A DNA stretch of 32,000 bases from Arthrobacter phage Mufasa8, in sequence record MN586027.1; one strand, given 5' to 3'. Made by a program: the position numbers and the translations under genes. Shown piece by piece: positions 17,227-25,688 of the stretch; position 1 is the first letter of the stretch; each line of letters begins with the position of its first letter. Below the pieces are notes generated by a model. The model was not told the DNA's origin. It saw nothing but the letters and a program-made list of their open reading frames with translations, and searched no databases.

Positions 17227-17351
17227 TGGACCGTTGCCACGACTGCTTCTGTCACAACTTCCCGCCCTGCTCAGGCTGCGTCGAATGCCGCCACTGGGAC
17301 CACCCAGACTGCCCCAACGAATGCGACACCTGTGAGGACCACGATGACTAA
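17226..17351 (+). CDS. Cys-rich mini-protein (9 Cys in 41 aa)
   Basis: TGATG-coupled; MDRCHDCFCHNFPPCSGCVECRHWDHPDCPNECDTCEDHDD. Confidence 0.6.
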   Translation: MDRCHDCFCHNFPPCSGCVECRHWDHPDCPNECDTCEDHDD

Positions 17352-17757
17352 GTACCCCGCCCACAACCACGTCACCCGCGACGTCAAGCTCCCCGGCAAA
17401 TGTCCCGGCTGCGACAGCTACTGGGCCACCACCACCCACCCCGACGACGGATTCGCCCGGGACATCTTCATGGCAGACAACGCCAACTCCCCAGACCCGG
17501 CCAAGGACTGGAAGGACGCCACCGAGTACGACCGCAGCTACACCTACGCCATCGCCGCAGAACTCCGGCGCCTCGGGTACGGCAAGCACGCCGAGGAACT
17601 GGCCGCGGTCAAGCTGGAACTCGCAGCCATCAAACGCCGCGAACAGACCTACGTCGAGCAGGGCACCCACCACGAGATGATCCCGTGGTACGACCTCACC
17701 GACGACGAACGCACCAAGGCAATCGCCTACTTTGGCCCCGAAGGAGACACCCAATGA
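17344..17757 (+). CDS. hypothetical protein with CPGC motif
   Basis: coupled 137-aa ORF. Confidence 0.75.
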   Translation: MTKYPAHNHVTRDVKLPGKCPGCDSYWATTTHPDDGFARDIFMADNANSPDPAKDWKDATEYDRSYTYAIAAELRRLGYGKHAEELAAVKLELAAIKRREQTYVEQGTHHEMIPWYDLTDDERTKAIAYFGPEGDTQ

Positions 17758-18128
17758 TCACCGCAGCAGAGCCGGGCGCCCGCCTCGTCGCCGTTTACCC
17801 ACCCAGAGGGGCAATCGTCCACCTCCACCTTCCGGGCTTCACCACGAACAAGACACGCAGCCTCGTGGACAGTGCCCTCTGCGGGGCCTCCACCAGCACC
17901 AGCACCCCGCCGCCCGTAGGCCCACGCCCGACCGGCAGGGTCAAGGTCCCCATCGGCAAGGCAGTGAACATCAACGCCTTCCAGCCCAGCGAGGACGACC
18001 CCCGACCAGCATGGAGCTGGTGCGCGAACTGCCTCGGTCGCGCAGCCCTCCACTACGGGCTCCAAGGCCAGCTCATCAAGAACATCGTCGCCGCCGACGC
18101 GGAGAACGGAGAACCCCATGGCGACTGA
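17754..18128 (+). CDS. hypothetical protein
   Basis: ATGA-coupled ORF, AAGGAG SD. Confidence 0.75.
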   Translation: MITAAEPGARLVAVYPPRGAIVHLHLPGFTTNKTRSLVDSALCGASTSTSTPPPVGPRPTGRVKVPIGKAVNINAFQPSEDDPRPAWSWCANCLGRAALHYGLQGQLIKNIVAADAENGEPHGD

Positions 18129-18624
18129 ACCGCTGTACGTCGAAGCCCGCCCCCACGCCGGATACGTCACTCACGCGATCCGCAACCAGCCCGAGCAGTT
18201 CTACCGGACAGCGCCCAACATCGTGAACACCTTCCGCCGGGCGCTCTGCGGCGTCGGCCGCGGAGGTATGCGCGTCACCCTCGGAAGGGACACCGGCGAA
18301 CCCATCGCATGGATGGGCGTCGACGGCTGCGACCGCTGCCACGTCCTGCACAAGCGGATCATGGACCAGCTCAAAGCCCGCGAGCTGGCCGAGAAGATCG
18401 AGGCCCTGTCCACCATCGGAACGCCCGTCCTGTACTGGCCCGGAGTCCGCCACGGCGAAGGACGCCCCAGCGTCACCCGCTCCGAAGTCTGGGAGCTCTG
18501 TGGAACACCCGTGGTCGCCGTCGAAGGCTACGCCGGTGGAATCGCGCTCAGCCACATCGAAATCGTCAACGACACCCCCGAGCAGGAGCTGGCCGACGAC
18601 ATGGAACGGAACGACCACCGGTGA
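18118..18624 (+). CDS. hypothetical protein
   Basis: 168-aa ORF in coupled operon. Confidence 0.75.
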   Translation: MATEPLYVEARPHAGYVTHAIRNQPEQFYRTAPNIVNTFRRALCGVGRGGMRVTLGRDTGEPIAWMGVDGCDRCHVLHKRIMDQLKARELAEKIEALSTIGTPVLYWPGVRHGEGRPSVTRSEVWELCGTPVVAVEGYAGGIALSHIEIVNDTPEQELADDMERNDHR

Positions 18625-18860
18625 GCCACGACTGGACAATGCACATCGGCCGCTCCTTCACCGGCACCCGAATCGAGGACACCTGCCCCTGCGAGAAAGC
18701 ACCCTGCGGCCTCGTCGACAGCAGCAACACCCACCCGAACTGCACACAGCACCCATGGCAGCGCGGCAACACCATCCGCCAGTCCCACCAGCCCGAAAAC
18801 TGCCCAATCCAAAAAACCAAACTTGCGCCTGACGGCGCAAAGAAGGAGGCCACCCGGTGA
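18621..18860 (+). CDS. hypothetical Cys-containing protein
   Basis: GTGA-coupled ORF. Confidence 0.7.
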   Translation: MSHDWTMHIGRSFTGTRIEDTCPCEKAPCGLVDSSNTHPNCTQHPWQRGNTIRQSHQPENCPIQKTKLAPDGAKKEATR

Positions 18861-19126
18861 GCCTGCAACAAGCCCCGTTCTACTGGCTCCAATGCGACCA
18901 CCACGGCTGCGACACCAAAAGCACCGAGGATGACGAATTCGCCGCCTACTCCGACGAAGCCTCAGCACGAGAGATGGCAGAAGGCTCCGAATGGCACCAC
19001 CACAACGGGAAGGACTACTGCCCCCACCACGCCGACCAACACCAACCAGACACCCAACCCTGCGACGGCTGCCCAATCCCCGAAAAAAGTGGTGCAACCA
19101 TGACACCAAACCAGCCCACCAACTGA
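18857..19126 (+). CDS. hypothetical Cys/His-rich protein
   Basis: GTGA-coupled ORF. Confidence 0.65.
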   Translation: MSLQQAPFYWLQCDHHGCDTKSTEDDEFAAYSDEASAREMAEGSEWHHHNGKDYCPHHADQHQPDTQPCDGCPIPEKSGATMTPNQPTN

Positions 19127-19194
19127 TAGCATAGAACCCAGAACCACGACGGGGGCGCCGCTCGCAACCTCTTGTCGTTAAAACATCTGGGGAG

Positions 19195-19398
19195 GTGCGT
19201 TCATCGGTGGAGACTCTGTCAGCCGTCGCCGCGAATCAGGTCACGGGCCTAACGCTGGCCGAGATTTACCAGTTCGTGCAGGAGGCCGATGCTGCCGGGA
19301 TTGACCCGCGTGAGCCGGTCGTCATCAAGGTCGGTTTCCGGTCTCAGCTCAAGTGCCTCAGTGTCTGCAATTCCCCTGCTCGTGTAGTGAAGCCATAG
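19195..19398 (+). CDS. small hypothetical protein
   Basis: GTG start preceded by GGGGAG; followed by terminator. Confidence 0.6.
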   Translation: MRSSVETLSAVAANQVTGLTLAEIYQFVQEADAAGIDPREPVVIKVGFRSQLKCLSVCNSPARVVKP

Positions 19399-19412
19399 CC
19401 CCATAGGAACCA

Positions 19413-19448
19413 AGCCCCGCCTCCGTGTCCCCGGTGGCGGGGCTTTCC
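19413..19448 (+). terminator. rho-independent terminator AGCCCCGCC/GGCGGGGCT + TTTCCTT
   Basis: 9-bp stem followed by T-rich tract. Confidence 0.8.
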
Positions 19449-19481
19449 TTGCCCCTCGTTACGCCTAGTGATTGGTATGAA

Positions 19482-19958
19482 GTGAGCCCAACAGTTGTAG
19501 CCGATAGTGATGGTGTCCGTTTCGTGCCGCCGCCGCGGCGTGAGCTGGTGACCCTGCATGTGTGGCCGACCCGCGCCCAGATGGAGCTGGCGGTCACACC
19601 CATGCACCACCAGCACGTCGTCATCGGGGAGGCTTACACCGGCCACCCCGTCGGCATGATCTTCCTGCACGCGCCGCTGCCGTCGACGCCGTGGACTGAG
19701 GGATGGTGGCGGGACCACATCAAGACGCGCCGGGCTCCGGGCTGCAAGATGCGCTACGCCTTCGACAAGCCGAAGTTCAGGTTCCGTGGTCGTGGTGGCC
19801 CGTTCTACTTCTTCGAGCCCGTGAACGCCGAGGGCCTGCAGTGGGTCAGGGAGAACGTAGGGAACCGCGCCCGGGACTTCCATGTCCCCGTCATCCAGTT
19901 CTGGAACGGGCAGCACACGGAACGGGACCTCGACTGGCAGCTCAGGAACGCCCGATGA
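19482..19958 (+). CDS. hypothetical protein
   Basis: 158-aa ORF, GTG start. Confidence 0.75.
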   Translation: MSPTVVADSDGVRFVPPPRRELVTLHVWPTRAQMELAVTPMHHQHVVIGEAYTGHPVGMIFLHAPLPSTPWTEGWWRDHIKTRRAPGCKMRYAFDKPKFRFRGRGGPFYFFEPVNAEGLQWVRENVGNRARDFHVPVIQFWNGQHTERDLDWQLRNAR

Positions 19959-20377
19959 TCCGGCGCAGGCTGGCCGCTCTCGCCCTCGCAGGTGCCGTCG
20001 TGGGTGTTTCCCTGTCCGGCTGCGCCCCAGCCCCGCAGATCGCCGCCAGTGACGTCATCGACGACGGCTCCGCCTGCTACCCGCCCCTCGCCTGCGGACC
20101 CTTCTACCCGACACCCGTCTACCCGTGGACCCTGCACCCGTACATGGGCTACATCGTGAACCCGGCGCACACCCTCATCGTCATCGACCACGGCCGCCCC
20201 CGGGTCACGTACCGGCCCTACAGCCCGCCCATCCAGCCCCGCTACATTCCAGTGCCCAAGCCGCCCCAACAGCAGCAGAAACCGGCACCGGCGAAGCAGG
20301 CACCAGCCCCACCCAAGCCAGCAGCACCCAAACCAGCACCAGCGCCCCCACGGCCCGCCACGAAAGCAGGAAAATGA
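19955..20377 (+). CDS. lipoprotein with Pro-rich C-terminus
   Basis: MIRRRLAALALAGAVVGVSLSGCAPAP lipobox; ATGA coupling. Confidence 0.75.
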   Translation: MIRRRLAALALAGAVVGVSLSGCAPAPQIAASDVIDDGSACYPPLACGPFYPTPVYPWTLHPYMGYIVNPAHTLIVIDHGRPRVTYRPYSPPIQPRYIPVPKPPQQQQKPAPAKQAPAPPKPAAPKPAPAPPRPATKAGK

Positions 20378-20700
20378 CCGCCACGGCCCCAGAGCCCAGC
20401 AGCCCCGCCCCGGCCCCGCAGACGACCGGGCAGCCCCTGTTCAAGATGACATGGTCCAAGCGCGGCTACATCAAGAACGGCGGCAAGCTCGAACCACACG
20501 AAGGCCGACTCGCCGACCTCAAAGACATGCCCTCCCCGGCCCCCAACGTCATCGGCACCTACGCCGCCGTCGCGGACATGGCCAACAGGCTCAACGACGC
20601 CCAGACGAACTCCGGCTACCTCGACTGGCTCTACAGCCCGGACCCCGTCGACGCGAAGCCCTACCACCCCCACCTCACCAAGAAAGCAGACAACGCATGA
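20374..20700 (+). CDS. hypothetical protein
   Basis: ATGA-coupled ORF. Confidence 0.7.
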   Translation: MTATAPEPSSPAPAPQTTGQPLFKMTWSKRGYIKNGGKLEPHEGRLADLKDMPSPAPNVIGTYAAVADMANRLNDAQTNSGYLDWLYSPDPVDAKPYHPHLTKKADNA

Positions 20701-20930
20701 ACACCAACATCACCGCCACCGGCGTCACCGTCCCCGCCGACGCCGTCGCCATCCACACCCTGCAGCACGCCACCGAAGCCGAGTCCCGGCGCCTCGTAGC
20801 CCTGAACTACGCCGCCGTCGTGAGCAGCACCAACGGCGGCACCGACGACATCGTCAAGGACGCTGCCCGGATCGAGGAATACCTGCAGAACGGCGCCCAG
20901 ACCAGCGACCAGAGCGGAGACAGCAAGTGA
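20697..20930 (+). CDS. hypothetical protein
   Basis: ATGA-coupled ORF. Confidence 0.7.
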   Translation: MNTNITATGVTVPADAVAIHTLQHATEAESRRLVALNYAAVVSSTNGGTDDIVKDAARIEEYLQNGAQTSDQSGDSK

Positions 20931-21139
20931 TCATCCTCGGCATCTTCCTCTGGGCCCTCTGGGTCCTTCTCATCCTTGCCGTGGTCGTCGCTGGCTGGGT
21001 CTGGATCGACGATTTCTGGGGCTGGGGCGACAGCACCAAGCTCACCCCGCGCATCTGCGGCACCGCCATCAGGCTCATCGCGGCCGCAGCCGTCCTGTCA
21101 ATCGTCATCGGCGTCCCGCCCGAGATGGGATGGGTCTGA
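20927..21139 (+). CDS. small membrane protein
   Basis: hydrophobic helices MIILGIFLWALWVLLILAVVVAGWVW. Confidence 0.7.
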   Translation: MIILGIFLWALWVLLILAVVVAGWVWIDDFWGWGDSTKLTPRICGTAIRLIAAAAVLSIVIGVPPEMGWV

Positions 21140-21369
21140 TGAACCAGCCCCAGCCGCCCACCATCACCACCACCTGCGCCCCCGGAGGCCTGTTGTTCCT
21201 GCTCCTGCTCGCCCTCAAGCTCACCAACTGGGCACCCGGCCTCGACTGGTTCTGGGTCTGGGCCGCCCTCTGGGGACCGCCCGTGCTGGTCATCCTCCTC
21301 GCGCTCCTCGCGTTCGGGATCGCGGCGCTGGTCGTGTGGCTCAAGGACCTGCGGGCGGCCCGCCGGTGA
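21139..21369 (+). CDS. small membrane protein
   Basis: TGATG-coupled; GLLFLLLLALKL...VILLALLAFGIAALVVW. Confidence 0.7.
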   Translation: MNQPQPPTITTTCAPGGLLFLLLLALKLTNWAPGLDWFWVWAALWGPPVLVILLALLAFGIAALVVWLKDLRAARR

Positions 21370-21764
21370 GCCCGTCGCAGACCATAGCGGACCTCGACAA
21401 GCTCGTCGCGGAGGTCTACAGCAGCGGCCGCCCCGCCAAGGCCATGAACGGCGTTAGGCCCCTCAGCCAGCGGCTCGGGGCTCTGTTCACCGGCGGGCAG
21501 CTCGTCCAGCTCTCGGTCGGCACCCTGACCCGGCTCGACGACCTCGCGGCCGCGTTCCGGGGCCTCGGGGAAGCCGCAGCCCGGTCGGCTGAGGCCATGA
21601 CGTCCTCGACGCAGGCGTTCCATGCCCGGTGCCGGTGCCAGTCCTCCCCGCAGCTCGCAGCCAAGCCCCACCGGCCCATCCTGAACCTCCCCCACAACCC
21701 CCGCCTCCGGGACGGCCGCGGACTCCACCACGGCTACGGACCCAAAGGAAAGAACCGACGATGA
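21366..21764 (+). CDS. hypothetical protein
   Basis: GTGA-coupled ORF. Confidence 0.7.
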   Translation: MSPSQTIADLDKLVAEVYSSGRPAKAMNGVRPLSQRLGALFTGGQLVQLSVGTLTRLDDLAAAFRGLGEAAARSAEAMTSSTQAFHARCRCQSSPQLAAKPHRPILNLPHNPRLRDGRGLHHGYGPKGKNRR

Positions 21765-22288
21765 CACCCCAGCCCCTCACGCAGGAGTTCAAAGCCAACC
21801 CCGGCACCGGCCCCAGCTACCAGCCCGTCGCCACCATCGAGGGCATCATGACGTTCATGGAGGAACACCTCCGCCGGGCCAAGACCATCCAAGACAGCGT
21901 GGACCGGGCCGTGGACATCATCACCGCCGCCCAGCCAGTCGGGAAGGGCGTGTTCCTGACCATCCACCTCGACGGCACCGTGTCAGCGTTCGCGACCGGC
22001 TCCGTGGAAGCCAAGACCATGCTGGTCCACCGCGAGACGGCCCCGCCCCCGGTCGGCAGAGTCCCCGCGCTCATCACCACTGAGGACGGCGGAAAGCAGC
22101 CCGTCTACTGGCCCGTCACCCCGCCGCGATGGGTCCCCGGCACGCACTACCCCACCGGCGCACCCATGGCCACCGGAGGCGACCTCGGGCCATCACACGC
22201 CGTCACTCCCCAGCGGCCCATCGTCCCCATGAACGAGTACGCCGACTCCGCGACCCTGATGGCCGCCGTCATCGCCAGCGCCAACTAG
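21761..22288 (+). CDS. hypothetical protein
   Basis: ATGA-coupled ORF. Confidence 0.75.
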   Translation: MTPQPLTQEFKANPGTGPSYQPVATIEGIMTFMEEHLRRAKTIQDSVDRAVDIITAAQPVGKGVFLTIHLDGTVSAFATGSVEAKTMLVHRETAPPPVGRVPALITTEDGGKQPVYWPVTPPRWVPGTHYPTGAPMATGGDLGPSHAVTPQRPIVPMNEYADSATLMAAVIASAN

Positions 22289-22325
22289 CAGCACGCCCAC
22301 CAGCCCCACCCTGTCAAGGAGCCCT

Positions 22326-23180
22326 GTGAACGCCACCGCCGCCCCCCTCTGCGGATACTGCGACGCCACCCCTGCCACCAAGCCGACCACCCTCTGCACC
22401 ACCCACGGCCACGGCCTCACCACCCTCCTCCGACAGGTCCCGTCCATCCTTGAGGAGCTGGACACCAGCATGACCCGGCAGGCGAAGCTCCGGCCCACCC
22501 GCGGCCTCGCAGCCGTGGAGCCCGTGGACCTGCCGTTCAACCTCAACGCCGCCGACAGCGCCAACAGGGTCCGGGCCATGCTCCTCCCATGGGTCAGGTT
22601 CGTACATGCAGGCACGGGCGCGGGCTACAACGACGCCATCTCCACGCCAGCCCTCGCCCGTGGCCTGTCCCTCTACGCCGGATGGATTCTGCAGCAGCCC
22701 GAAGCGGGCAAACTCCTCGACCAGCTCAAGGCCATGGTCGAGGACGTCCGCGGCGTCATCGACCTCCGCATCGAGCGCGTGTTCGTGGGCACCTGCAAGT
22801 CCATCTTCGACGGCGACGGGAACCGGCAATCCACCTGCCCGGAACAGCTGTATGCGCCCGCCTCGCGGGAGGAAACCACCTGCCCCCGCTGCAGGACCAC
22901 CCACCACGTCCAAGACCGGCAGAAGAAAGCCCTCGCCGCCGCCCAGAACCGTGTCCTGCCGCCCCAGATGATCGCCCGCGCCCTCACCCGCAAGGGCGAA
23001 GTGCTGGACGTGGAGCGCATCTACAACTGGTCCAAGCGCGGCCTCCTGAAACCCGCGTCTGTGGATCCCCGGACGAAGCGGAAGATGTACCGGCTCGGGG
23101 ACGTCATGGACGTCATGGCCGCCTGTGACGCCTCCCCGCACAACCCCAAGAAAGCCCTCGAAGAAAGGCTCGCAGCATGA
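22326..23180 (+). CDS. zinc-finger plus C-terminal MerR/HTH-like protein
   Basis: CGYCDATPA...CPRCRTTHH...LDVERIYNWSKRGLLKPASVDPRTKRKMYRLGDVMDV. Confidence 0.75.
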   Translation: MNATAAPLCGYCDATPATKPTTLCTTHGHGLTTLLRQVPSILEELDTSMTRQAKLRPTRGLAAVEPVDLPFNLNAADSANRVRAMLLPWVRFVHAGTGAGYNDAISTPALARGLSLYAGWILQQPEAGKLLDQLKAMVEDVRGVIDLRIERVFVGTCKSIFDGDGNRQSTCPEQLYAPASREETTCPRCRTTHHVQDRQKKALAAAQNRVLPPQMIARALTRKGEVLDVERIYNWSKRGLLKPASVDPRTKRKMYRLGDVMDVMAACDASPHNPKKALEERLAA

Positions 23181-23434
23181 CCCAGTACCTCCTCATGGCT
23201 GAGACTGACCACGACCCGTCCATCCCCGTGCTGGTCACCGACGACCTCGATAAGGCCAAGGCCGCCGCCGAACCGCACACCAACAAGACCAACTACCCGC
23301 CGGACGAGTACGTGATCTACCGCTGCGAGCCCGACACGGAACCCGTCCCGATCCTGTCCGCATGGGTTCGCACCACCTACACCCACGGCGTCGGCTCCAA
23401 GCCGGAACTGCAGGCATGGAGCGTCGTCAAGTGA
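23177..23434 (+). CDS. hypothetical protein
   Basis: ATGA-coupled ORF. Confidence 0.7.
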   Translation: MTQYLLMAETDHDPSIPVLVTDDLDKAKAAAEPHTNKTNYPPDEYVIYRCEPDTEPVPILSAWVRTTYTHGVGSKPELQAWSVVK

Positions 23435-23700
23435 CCGCCGAAACTACCATCCCGACCCGGACGGACGTGCAGGAGACGACCGCGTGGCTGTCCAGCAGCG
23501 CCTCCCCCGAAGCCGTGGAATGCACCCGGGACCGGCTCGCCGCGTCCCTCCTCATCTGGGTCGGCCGGAAGTACGGCCACGACGTCGCGAAGCGGGCCGA
23601 GGCCCACATCAAGCACATCGAGGAGCCCGGCGTTGGGATGCCCGGCTACACCCGTCACCGCGCCGTCGTCACCGTCACGTCCCGCCTCGACGCCCAATAG
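23431..23700 (+). CDS. hypothetical protein
   Basis: GTGA-coupled ORF. Confidence 0.7.
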   Translation: MTAETTIPTRTDVQETTAWLSSSASPEAVECTRDRLAASLLIWVGRKYGHDVAKRAEAHIKHIEEPGVGMPGYTRHRAVVTVTSRLDAQ

Positions 23701-23724
23701 GGACAAGAAATCCCGCCTGTTGGG

Positions 23725-23754
23725 TTGCAATCTTCGACCAAAGTGACCGATACT
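23725..23754 (+). promoter_or_regulatory. candidate promoter TTGCAA-N18-GATACT
   Basis: hexamers at 23725-23730 and 23749-23754 with 18-bp spacer, directly after stop at 23700. Confidence 0.45.
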
Positions 23755-23761
23755 GTTCCGG

Positions 23762-23998
23762 TAGCTTCACCCGAACTGGACGCCGGTACTCCTGCGGACG
23801 TCCAGCCGGGCGGAGCTGACCGGGCAAGACCCTCACGGGAGGGTGGCCGCCGATGAGCTGACGGGACACCAGCTCACCGGAGGTTAGTGCCGAGGTTCGA
23901 ACCCTCACCCGGTCACGCAGCCTACGCAACTGCAGCCATCTCTCTCTCGGCAACCAAGCAAGGCCCCGGACGACTTCCACCGTCCGGGGCCTTTCTTG
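23762..23998 (+). ncRNA. candidate structured non-coding RNA with tRNA-like 3' domain
   Basis: stems CTGGACG/CGTCCAG, ACCCTC/GAGGGT, TGAGCTG/CAGCTCA, TGACCGGG/CCCGGTCA, T-arm-like CGAGG-TTCGAAC-CCTCA; ends at strong terminator; no good ORF. Confidence 0.5.
23962..23997 (+). terminator. rho-independent terminator GGCCCCGGACG/CGTCCGGGGCC + TTTCTTG
   Basis: 11-bp perfect stem plus T-rich tail. Confidence 0.85.
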
Positions 23999-24016
23999 TG
24001 CCCAAAAGGACCCCCC

Positions 24017-24124
24017 ATGCTCTTGAACCTGTCACCCGTCGAATGGCTGCTGCTGGGCCTCACAGCCGCCCTCGCAGTCGCCCTCGCAACCTCCCGCCGC
24101 CTCCCGCCCGGAGCCGCAGCATGA
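24017..24124 (+). CDS. small membrane peptide (MLLNLSPVEWLLLGLTAALAVALATSRRLPPGAAA)
   Basis: 35 aa, overlaps next ATG (ATGA). Confidence 0.45.
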   Translation: MLLNLSPVEWLLLGLTAALAVALATSRRLPPGAAA

Positions 24125-24954
24125 AGATATTCGCTGCCCTGTCCGGCAACACCCGCGCCATGCGCGTCATCAGCGAGGAGGAGTACCCGAACCTCCTCTG
24201 CTCCTTCGCGTACAAGTCCTGCCTGCCCAAGGCCAAGTTCACCCCGCCGTTCCTCCACCTCGACTCCGGCGCCTTCACGGCATGGTCCCGCGGCAAGCAG
24301 GTCGCCATCACCGACTACGCCGACTGGGCCATCGAACAGAACGGGCGCTCCCCGCACATCGAGGCCGTGAACCTTGACGTCATCCCCGGCGAGTTCGGGC
24401 GCACGTCCACCCCGGAGGAACGCAAGGCCGGGATGCGCCAGTCCCTCCGCAATGCCGACTACCTCCGGTCCCGGGGCATCTCCATCGCTGAGGTGTTCCA
24501 CCAAGACGAGCCCCTGTCCTTCCTCGACGAGCTGCTGGACCGGCTCCCCGAGGGTGGGCTCCTGTGCATCAGCCCCCGCAACGACAAGCCCCTCCCGTCG
24601 AAGCTGGCATGGCAGAAGCACGTCCTGTCGCACCTGATGAAGCGCTACACCCCGGCAACCCTGCCCCGGATGCACGGCCTCGCCGTCACGTCCGCGGCGA
24701 TGCTGCGGGAGTTCCCCTACTACTCCGGGGACTCCTCCACATGGTGCGCCCCCGTGTCGTTCGGCCGGTTCGTGGACACCAACGGGTCCACCAACACCAT
24801 CGCCGGGCGCCTCACCCCGACCCGCGTCGGCCGCGCCGACACCAACACCCACGAGGCCATCGCCTACGCCCTCCGGCTGGGCCTGTCCAACCTGCAACGC
24901 CTTGAGCGCGACATCACGACGCTCTGGGCCAAACGAGGAGTCACCTTTGACTGA
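24121..24954 (+). CDS. TGT/DpdA-like 7-deazaguanine (DNA) transglycosylase
   Basis: PPFLHLDSGAFTAW, EAVNLDVIPG, GLAVTSAAML, YYSGDSSTWCAPVSFG; co-located with queFCDE/folE. Confidence 0.75.
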   Translation: MKIFAALSGNTRAMRVISEEEYPNLLCSFAYKSCLPKAKFTPPFLHLDSGAFTAWSRGKQVAITDYADWAIEQNGRSPHIEAVNLDVIPGEFGRTSTPEERKAGMRQSLRNADYLRSRGISIAEVFHQDEPLSFLDELLDRLPEGGLLCISPRNDKPLPSKLAWQKHVLSHLMKRYTPATLPRMHGLAVTSAAMLREFPYYSGDSSTWCAPVSFGRFVDTNGSTNTIAGRLTPTRVGRADTNTHEAIAYALRLGLSNLQRLERDITTLWAKRGVTFD

Positions 24955-25651
24955 GCAACACCAGCTTGAAATCGTCCACCTGCCCATCGGGGCCGTCCAC
25001 CCGAACCCGTGGAACCCGAACAAGCAGACCGAACGGCAGTTCGCGGCCGAGGTCGAGTCCATCCTCGACAACGGGTTCGTGATGCCGATTGTGGTCCGCG
25101 AGAACCCGGACCTGCCCGGCGAATGGCAGATCATCGACGGCGAACACCGGCACCGGGCACTGTCCCAGATCATCGCGAACAAGGACGACGGGGCGTTCAA
25201 CATTCCCCAGCTCGTGGAGTCCGGGACCATCCCTGCCGTCGTGCTGGCCCCGGACGACCCCCGCGCCAAGCGCCTCACCATCATCCTGAACGAGACGCGC
25301 GGCTCCGCTGACACCGCCGAAATGGCTGCCCTCCTCGCGGAACTGCAGGAGGAGCTGGGCGGTGACCTCATCATCGGTCTGCCCTTCACCGAGGACGCCC
25401 TGAATGACCTCGTGGCCATGGGTGACTACGACTGGGACGCCATCGCTGACCAGTACGAGGACGACAGCGCCGCGGACGGCGACACCGACGCCACGGACGT
25501 CGATGAGCATCGCATCGTGGCCATCCTCGACGACGACACCTACGCATGGTGGCAGGAAGCCATCCGGGACCACAACGACGGCAAGGACTCCAACGACCCG
25601 AACGTCGCCGGTGCCCTCCTCCACCGACTCCTCACCACCTACACCGGCTAG
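24947..25651 (+). CDS. ParB N-terminal-like protein
   Basis: VHPNPWNPNKQTERQFAAEVESILDNGFVMPIVVREN...WQIIDGEHRHRAL; TTG start with GAGGAG SD. Confidence 0.75.
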   Translation: MTEQHQLEIVHLPIGAVHPNPWNPNKQTERQFAAEVESILDNGFVMPIVVRENPDLPGEWQIIDGEHRHRALSQIIANKDDGAFNIPQLVESGTIPAVVLAPDDPRAKRLTIILNETRGSADTAEMAALLAELQEELGGDLIIGLPFTEDALNDLVAMGDYDWDAIADQYEDDSAADGDTDATDVDEHRIVAILDDDTYAWWQEAIRDHNDGKDSNDPNVAGALLHRLLTTYTG

Positions 25652-25688
25652 ACGCCCGTCTCCGGCCCTCACAGAAAGCGAACCACCC

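Noticed and set aside
23817-23915. Standard functional tRNA
   Set aside because: Acceptor and T-arm look right, but the 8/9 linker, D-arm and anticodon arm do not fit a canonical cloverleaf and no convincing anticodon loop was found by eye; kept only as a tRNA-like ncRNA candidate. The tRNA-Sec-like 6-bp/4-nt D-arm was noted, but no UCA anticodon loop fits.
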